Origin: Octopus vulgaris
Taxonomy: Eukaryota
DNA length: 64,000 nucleotides
NCBI GenBank assembly: GCA_951406725.2
Contig: OX597819.1
Coordinates: 109,368,001-109,432,000 of the forward strand
Direction of reading: 5' to 3'
Positions within the stretch are counted from its first letter, which is position 1. Every line of letters begins with the position of its first letter. The notes under the pieces are model-generated. The model did no database searches. It saw only the letters and a list, made by a program, of their open reading frames with translations, and was not told where the DNA came from. Below are positions 56,026-64,000 of this stretch, piece by piece. The translations under genes and the position numbers were made by a program.

Positions 56026-56446
56026 CAGTAACGACATCACCACAACCACTGCCACCACCACCACCACCACCGCCACCGCCACCAACACCACCATCCCCCC
56101 ACCAACAAGACAGGCCACAACATCAGCAATAACAATAATATCAACATCAACATCATCTGCAATAACGATAATAACTGCAATCTGCAATGCAGAAACAACA
56201 GATATAACACCACCACCACCAACAACAGCAGCAGCAACAGAAATAGCAACAACAGTAACCACAACATCAACAGCAACAACAATAACATCGTTAATAATAA
56301 CAATAAAGATGTGTTTCTCATTTCGTCACAAGGAAAGCAATTTTGAGGAGAGTGGGGTTAGTCAGTTACATCAATCTCAGAACCTGACTTGTACTTTATT
56401 TTATCGAGCCCGAAAATGCGAAATGTGAAGATGACCTCGGCAAGTT

Positions 56447-57258
56447 ATGAAACAAGAACGTAAAGAGCCGGAAGATATGAAACAAAAACGTAAAAATCCG
56501 GAAGATATGAAACAAGAACGTAAAGAGCCAGAAGATACGAAACAAAAACGTAAAAATCCGGAAGATACGAAACAAAAACGTAAAGAGCCGGAAGATACGA
56601 AACAAAAACGTAAAGAGCCTGAAGATACGAAACAAAAACGTAAAGAACCGAAAGATATCAAACAAAAACGTAAAGAGCCGGAAGATACGAAATAAAAACG
56701 TAAAGAACCGAAAGATATCAAACAAAAATGTAAAGAGCCGGAAGATATCAAACAAAAACGTAAAGAGCCTGAAGATACGAAACAAAAGCATAAAGAGCCG
56801 GAAGATACGAAACAAAAACGTAAAGAGCCGGAAGATACGAAACAAAAACGTAAAGAACCGAAAGATATCAAACAAAAACGTAAAGAGCCGGAAGATATGA
56901 AACAAAAACGTAAAGAGCCGGAAGTTACGAAACAAAAACGTAAAGAACCGAAAGATATCAAACAAAAACGTAAAGAGCCTGAAGATACGAAACAAAAACG
57001 TAAAGAGCCGGAAGATACGAAACAAAAACGTAAAGAACCGAAAGATATCAAACAAAAATGTAAAGAGCCGGAAGATACGAAACAAAAACGTAAAGAGCCG
57101 GAAGATACGAAACAAAAACGTAAAGAGCCGGAAGATACGAAACAAAAACGTAAAGAACCGAAAGATATCAAACAAAAACGTAAAGAACCGGAAGATACGA
57201 AACAAAAACGTAAAGATCCGGAAGATACGAAACAAAAACGTAAAGAGCCGGAAGATAT
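56447..57258. repeat. 30-bp minisatellite (about 27 units) expanded inside a SINE family B head
   Basis: unit aaacaaaaacgtaaagagccggaagatacg; SINE sequence continues on both sides (56350-56446 and 57259-57300). Confidence 0.9.
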
Positions 57259-57329
57259 ACCACGTGGCATTTTGTTCGACGTTTTAAAGACTGTTAGTTT
57301 GCAATAACGATAATGATTGCTTCAAATTT

Positions 57330-57500
57330 TAGAACAAGGCTAGTAATTTTAGTGGGAGGTTATCAGACGATTACCTTGACTCCAGTCTTAGTAATGTTAA
57401 AGGCAAATTCGACCCCGGCATAGTTTGAACTCAAAACGTAATGAGTCGGAAGAAATGCTGCACAGCATTTTGTTCGACGCTCTAACAATTTTGCCAGCTC
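57330..57500 (-). mobile_element. diverged SINE family B copy
   Basis: core and head remnants. Confidence 0.65.
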
Positions 57501-58350
57501 ACAATAACAATAATAACAACAATAAGTCACAGCAAAACGATTGCACAGCAAGCAAAGTAACAACAACAAAATCATGTACAAAAGCAATTACATAAATAAG
57601 AACGTAAACAACAACAAAACAATAACAATAAGAGCTATAGTTAAAAGCGATTCCGAAATCGAAGATAGGCAGAAACCACATCAAGAAACAACAATAAAAA
57701 CATGAGCAAACTAAAAACAATTGCAACAATCGGCGAAGAAAACACAAATACAAGCTTTTAAGTGAGTAGCAAAAATAACACTCCCACTAAAAAAACAAAA
57801 CAAAACAAAAAAACCACACACACACACACACGAAAACCTCGTCGAATAAACAAAACGATTTCTCTGGTAAAAAAAAAAAAAGAATCTACGATGATATTTC
57901 TGTTCTTCAACTATTCCTCTATCATAATTCCTACAAAGATATCCACGTTGATCGAGTTTTGACAGAAGAGAATGGAGCTGTTTGTCTAGTTGTCAAAATC
58001 GGTCATTCTTTAGTTAAGATGGCTGCCGCTTCATTGACCTGGAAGATATCATAGTCAATATAACTCTGAATAATGGCGATTGACGATAATCTAGAAAAAT
58101 CGTATTTCTGTCATATCGGCTGCAGCTGTAGTTGATTTCTTGTGATTAGTAATGTTTGCGAAGGATTAGCCGTTCTACTTCATATGCAATCATGGGGGAC
58201 ATACCTGGATACAATTTTACTGTAAAGAGTCGACTCAACCATTGTGAGTAAAATTGGGTACAAGAAAACTGTACGGAAGACTACTGAATGGATTATATCC
58301 GTGTTTCCAAATGCCAGCCTTGTCACATTCTGTATCTATACATACGTATG

Positions 58351-58384
<34 letters not shown>

Positions 58385-58459
58385 TGTATGTATGTATGTA
58401 TGTATGTATGTATGTATGTATGTATGTATGTATGTATGCATGTATGTATGAGTGAGAAA

Positions 58460-58988
58460 GCAGTGCATGCCAGCAAAGTGACACTGGGATAAAATATACG
58501 AAGCCCAGTATACCCATCATGACTTCCCTTCTGATAAGGGTACACCAGGTACATGCATCACAACCATATGTGCGCGACATGGTGATCTCATATCAAGATA
58601 AACACCTGGCAGGTGGGGCCCAGTTAGAATTTTCATCAGGTCGATAGCCCATCCCGTTCAAAAGGTCTCTGAATAAGCGTTGTTTAAGGATGATGAACAA
58701 AACACCCATGTTTCCAAAGGTGAATTATCCAAACCCCAAAGAATTCCTCTCAACACATGGCTATGATGCTCCCCCACTACTTCTGCCCGTGATCAGAAAC
58801 GCACATATCGTCAGCCAATAAGGGACATTCTCAACTGGTTATGATGAAGCAACTGACAAACAAATCTGTGGTATTGAGCAGAATATTGATGTAGCCCATC
58901 TTTTATACCAAGAAAAAACAATGTATATGATAACACTTCCAGTCAGTTAAGATCAGAAGCCATGAGAGCCACTGCATGGTACTGCATG
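58460..58988. repeat. probable interspersed repeat, unclassified
   Basis: discrete higher-GC block between microsatellites, no ORF; class not determinable here. Confidence 0.35.
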
Positions 58989-59548
58989 TATTATCAATGA
59001 TTCAATGAGTAGTTAGTTCTCAACACACACACACACATATGTTGCAGAGAAAATGTGCCAGTGACCAGGTCTCAGTTAAAAAACGAAAACTTTGACCCCC
59101 CTCAACTCATAAGATAAAAATAAATTTTAAAGTGATTTTAACAGTTTTTACGTTATGAAATGGCTCTTCCACAAATAGCTGCTTGCCCACTTCTCTCTTT
59201 CTATATAAATTAATCAAAGGACATACTAAATATGTCTTCTTGCTGGAAATAACAGTCAAAACTCTTATTTAAATCGCCCAAATACACTGGCAATAACTAT
59301 AAACCAACCGTCCACGATGTGTGGTGTGTGGAGTGTGGGTTGGGAGTGGTATCAATAAAGAGAGAAGGTGGATAGGAGTGAAGAGAGGAAGTAGATGTCA
59401 GATAAAGAGAGGAGAGGAGGGGAAAATGAGCCCCTATGGTGCAAAGGAGCGAAGAGAGAAGATTAATTCATGTTCACGGCGAAGGCAGGAGTCCGGATGG
59501 CCCCTGTGCAAAGACGTGTGTGTGTGTCTATGTCTGTATGTGTGTGCT

Positions 59549-59600
<52 letters not shown>

Positions 59601-59688
59601 AAATAATTGAGATTCAGATGAATTAAGCATCTAAGTTGAGGCACCAAGGCCTTTCGGTAAAGTCTGCGCAGCTTGAAGTTAGGTGAAT

Positions 59689-60403
59689 ATAAAGCAAATA
59701 AGTAACAAGAATTTCCAGGTATCAGTGCTTTACAGCCGTTTCAAGTTGCTCCATTTAATCGATCGATGAAAACATTACATCAATATGAAATAAATCGCTC
59801 TCCACGGACGCAACCAACCATATAGTTTTCTAACATAAAGAATAAACCATGTTTTTTAGTGAACTTATGTCAGTACCAGCAACCAAAATCATTACAATGA
59901 TTCTCTTTGGTATTTTCGTGACAGAATGAAATTTCGTAAATATTGCATACCTATAGCCTGCTATGATTTAGAGCAACACAGGGAAATAGTGGTAGTTAAG
60001 AATGAGGAAAAGAGAGAAGTTCATCATTATTAGATTTTTAAGATTATTTGCGCAGAAATCTAATAATGATGACCTGTCTCTCTTTTCCTCATTTTTAACT
60101 ACCACTATTCCCCTGTGTTGCTCTAAATCATAGCAGGCTGTAGGTATGCATTATTTGCTAAATTTCATTCTGCCATGAAAATACCAAAGAGAATCATTGT
60201 AATGATTTTCGTTGCTGGTACTGATATAAGTTCACTAAAAAACACGGTTTATTCTTTGTTAGAAAACTATATGGTTGGTTGCGTCCGAGAAGGGTGGTTT
60301 ATTTCATATTGATGTAATGTTTTCATTGATCGATTAATTGGAGTCGCTTGAAACGGCTGTAAAGCACTGATACCTGGAAATCCTTATTACTTATTTGCTT
60401 TAT
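59689..60403. repeat. long inverted repeat (about 350-bp arms, 18-bp spacer), PLE-type
   Basis: 59689-60037 is the diverged reverse complement of 60056-60403. Confidence 0.9.
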
Positions 60404-60534
60404 GCATACACACACATGTATGTATGTATGCTTAGATAAAGATAGTTATGCCTGGTTCATAGGGTTACCCAGTGTTTCACGTCCATAAAGCGCTTGGCTT
60501 TACATACATCGCAACAGACTCTAATGGCTGGTGG

Positions 60535-60603
<69 letters not shown>

Positions 60604-60610
<7 letters not shown>

Positions 60611-63286
60611 GAAGAAATTCTAACCACATTAGAACAACACATAGGTGTGCTTCTTATGGGAGACTTCAATCTGCCCAATGTCAGATGGCCCGAGGGCCTT
60701 TCTCTCCCAGGAATGACAAGATGTGAACGAGGACAGGCGAGGTCCCTCCTGAACCTCATCAACACCCTGTACATGGAGCAGGTAATACTCCAACCAACCA
60801 GGGCAGGTAACACACTGGATCTCTGCTTCACAAATGACATGGATCTCATCCATAATGTGAAAGTGACACCGACACTACTCTCGGATCACAACATGATAGA
60901 GCTGACCATGTACGGGCCAAAAGAGAGCACGGACATGCAGCCTACAAGAAACCCTCAAAATCTTTCCAGCTTGAACTACCATAAGGCAAACTGGAAACAA
61001 ATTGAGAAAGAGATCCTCAAACAAAACTGGCCTGAATGTCTCTCCTCGCCAGACATCGATGTGAAACTTCAACAATTCATGTCTGTAATGCAAGCCATAT
61101 GCTACAAATGTGTCCCAGAGAGAAAGGCCACTGTACACAAGAACAAAATCCCCAGAGAGAGGAAAATTTTAATGAGACGGCGTACGAAATTTTCAAATCG
61201 CCTAAACAAACAGATTGAAAGCAGTGAAAAGTCCCACCTAAAAATAAAACTGTTGGAAATCGAAAAATGTCTGCAACTCTCCCATGAAAAAGAAAGAGCA
61301 GACAAAGAAGCGTGGGCTATAGAAAACATAAAATCTAACCCCAGAGCTTTCTACAGGTATGCCAAAGAAACAGCTACAGTGCACTGTAGAATAGGGCCAC
61401 TCCTTGAAAAGGATGGCACACTTACAGGAAAACCAATGAGGGTAAGTGAAATACTGAATGAGCAATTCAAGAGTGTTTTCACTCCACTCCTTGGGCATCT
61501 CCAAATCACCAATCCAACTGACTTTTTTTTTTACCACTGCAGATATAAAATCAGAGGCGGCGACGATAGATTACATCGATATAAAGGAAGACGATGTAAC
61601 CAAGGCTATAGATGAAATGAAAACAGACTCAGCTACTGGCCCCGATGGATTCCCGGCAATCCTCCTAAAAGCATGTAAGAGAGTCCTAGCAAGACCACTG
61701 CAGTTCCTCTTTCAGAGCTTCCTTGCAGCTGGCAAACTTCCAGGAAAACTGAAGGAAGGTAAAATATGCCCCATTCATAAAGGAGGTAGCAGAGCGGAAG
61801 CCAAGAACTATAGACCTATCTCTCTGACCTCACACATCAGCAAGGTCATGGAACGAATAGTCAGAAGGAAGCTGATCACCTTCCTTGAAGAGAATGACTT
61901 GCTGCCCGACACCCAACATGGTTTCCGACCAGGGAGAAGCTGTTTAACTCAGCTCCTACAACACTATGACTGGGTGCTGAAACGGCTGCTCAACCACTCA
62001 AATGTGGAAGTGATATATCTCGACTTTGCAAAGGCCTTTGATAAAGTCGATCATGGAATGATATGTCACAAACTGCGTGATCTCAACATAGTTGGAAAAC
62101 TGGGAGAATGGCTTCATGACTTTCTGAAGGATAGAAGTCAGGTGGTAGTAGCCAATGGGGCCACCTCCATTAACACACAAATAGTGAGCGGTGTTCCGCA
62201 GGGCACTGTTCTGGGACCACTACTGTTCATAATGGCCCTCTCAGACATGCCCTCAGCCACGCAGAGAGCCACGATCACAAGTTATGCAGATGATACAAAA
62301 GTCTCACAGGCAATACAGAACCCTGAGGACACTAAACACCTGCAATGTGAGCTGGACGAAATATACAAGTGGGCTGAAAAGAATAGCATGCAGTTCAATG
62401 CTGGAAAGTTTCAAGCTTTATACTATCAGCATGCAAAACTGAATGCAATACCCAATGAATACACTGGACCCGGAGGGATTGCAATCCCAGAGGCACAATC
62501 AGTGCGTGACCTTGGTATTCACATGAGTGATGACGCGACCTTTCATGTACATGTTGCTAAACTGACAATGAAATGTAGACGGCTGGCTGGATGGATTCTT
62601 AGAACCTTTAGAACAAGAGAACAAGAAACCATGATGGTCCTCTGGAAGACACTTGTCCTAAGCCACTTTGACTATTGCTCTCAGCTATGGTCACCATCCA
62701 GTGTCAAGTTGATCACAGAACTTGAGGCGATCCAACGAAGCTACACAAAGAAGATAGCCTCTATGCAGAATGTAAGCTACTGGGAAAGACTCAAGAGATT
62801 AAAATTATATTCCCTGGAGCGTAGGCGGGAAAGATATGCCATAATATACATCTGGAAGATCCTGGAGGGAAGTGTCCTGAACTTTGGCATCGAGAGTTAC
62901 GCAAATGCCAGAACTGGGCGCCACTGCGTGGTGCCTAGGACTCCAAACCTGCCATCAAGATGTAGGACAAGATTCTGTGATAGCCTGGGCTTCCGAGGCC
63001 CACAGCTCTTCAATATCCTCCCGAAGAACCTGAGAGACCTGCATGGGGTGGATACAGATGTCTTTAAAATGAAGCTGGATCTCTTCCTGTCAGGTGTCCC
63101 AGATGAACCAACTTCACGGCAGGAGGGGCAGATGAGGGCAGCTGCATCGAACTCTCTCATGCACCAAATAGCAGTTGCTAGAAAGCCTCCATGAAGTGAA
63201 ACCAAGTAGCAACACCAAATGGCGGTGCCCCAGCATGGCCACAGCTCATAAGCTGAAACTAGAATCAATCAATCAATCAATCAATC
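60604..63286 (+). mobile_element. CR1-group LINE, 5'-truncated ORF2 (end of APE plus RT), one frameshift
   Basis: MGDFN, NTLDL, SDH; GPDG, YRPISLTS, QHGF, YLDFAKAFD, GVPQG, YADD; frameshift near poly-T 61523-61532; stop 63194; (AATC)n tail. Confidence 0.95.
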
Positions 63287-63619
63287 ATATATATATATAT
63301 AGTGTTTAAGAAAATCACTACAATATAAGTTTGGAAGTTTAAACACAAGTAAAACGAAACCAAATGATGATTAATGATCAACATTTTTAAAACTTTGTAT
63401 TTGAATATTTCGGATTAAAAAACTATTTATCAAGTAAACGGAGAATGATTTAACTCCGTCTGAACAGTTCAAAATAAGTAATTAGTAATTTTTCAAACGT
63501 TTACATCCAGAAAAAAAACACGTCAATGAGAGAAATATTGTTTCGCATAATCTCACAGCAGTATTACAAACAAATAATAATTTATATCAACGCACGATCC
63601 TAGTGTATTCATTTATTCT

Positions 63620-63735
63620 TTTATTCTTTTACTTGATTCAGTCATCTGACTGCGGCCATTCTGGAGCACTGCCTTAAAGGGTTTCTAGTCGTAGACATCG
63701 ATTCCAGGACTTATTCTTTGTAAGCCCAGTACTGT
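63620..63735 (-). mobile_element. SINE family A tail fragment
   Basis: matches family A 3' tail. Confidence 0.75.
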
Positions 63736-63868
63736 ATATTCCTTCTTCACCCGTTTATTTATGTTCTTATTCTAACTCATGTCCATTGTCTGGAAGTCTT
63801 TCGTCACACATCAGTGACTTCTTCAGCGACACTTTTCATCCTCGTATATAATATATGTATATATACAA

Positions 63869-63925
<57 letters not shown>

Positions 63926-64000
63926 TACATATCCTTAAATCCTTAAATCCTTAAAAGTGTTTTAGAACAAAGGCCGCGGCCATGCTGGGGCACCACCGTT

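Noticed and set aside
55799-56428. Thr-rich mucin-like 209-aa ORF
   Set aside because: Built from trinucleotide repeats, the HHR arm and SINE sequence; no splice or signal evidence
56396-57307. 279-289 aa repetitive ORFs; possible CRISPR-like array
   Set aside because: Head-to-tail 30-bp minisatellite with no unique spacers; SINE-derived; plus frame has an internal stop
60494-60603. N-terminus of the 373-aa ORF
   Set aside because: Runs through a (TA)n array; the LINE begins at about 60604

Overview
AT-rich, microsatellite-dense eukaryotic DNA. The SINE families and repeat landscape resemble an octopus (cephalopod) genome; this is an inference from recall, not a database match. Only one host gene is supported: a two-coding-exon, minus-strand gene (40396-39725 joined to 35737-35408, about 333 aa) for a membrane-anchored copine/RGLG-type vWA protein. 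The rest is repeats: two abundant tRNA-derived SINE families, a 5'-truncated CR1-group LINE, Dong/R4-type LINE remnants in (TAA)n, Penelope-like (PLE) GIY-YIG remnants, three Tc1/mariner relics, three non-autonomous Helitrons and a Merlin-like MITE. The main unannotated signal is about a dozen type I hammerhead-ribozyme (HHR) motifs from several unrelated short elements. They include a zero-spacer head-to-head HHR palindrome (21969-22095), HHRs with very long stem II, and an element joining a tRNA-like head to an HHR. Two Pol III RNA retro-fragments also occur: a 3' half of tRNA-Ala starting at the anticodon and fused to the LINE 3' tail, and a 3' half of U6. Nearly all short ORFs in the supplied track are microsatellite artefacts. 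All folds were read by eye and not computed.
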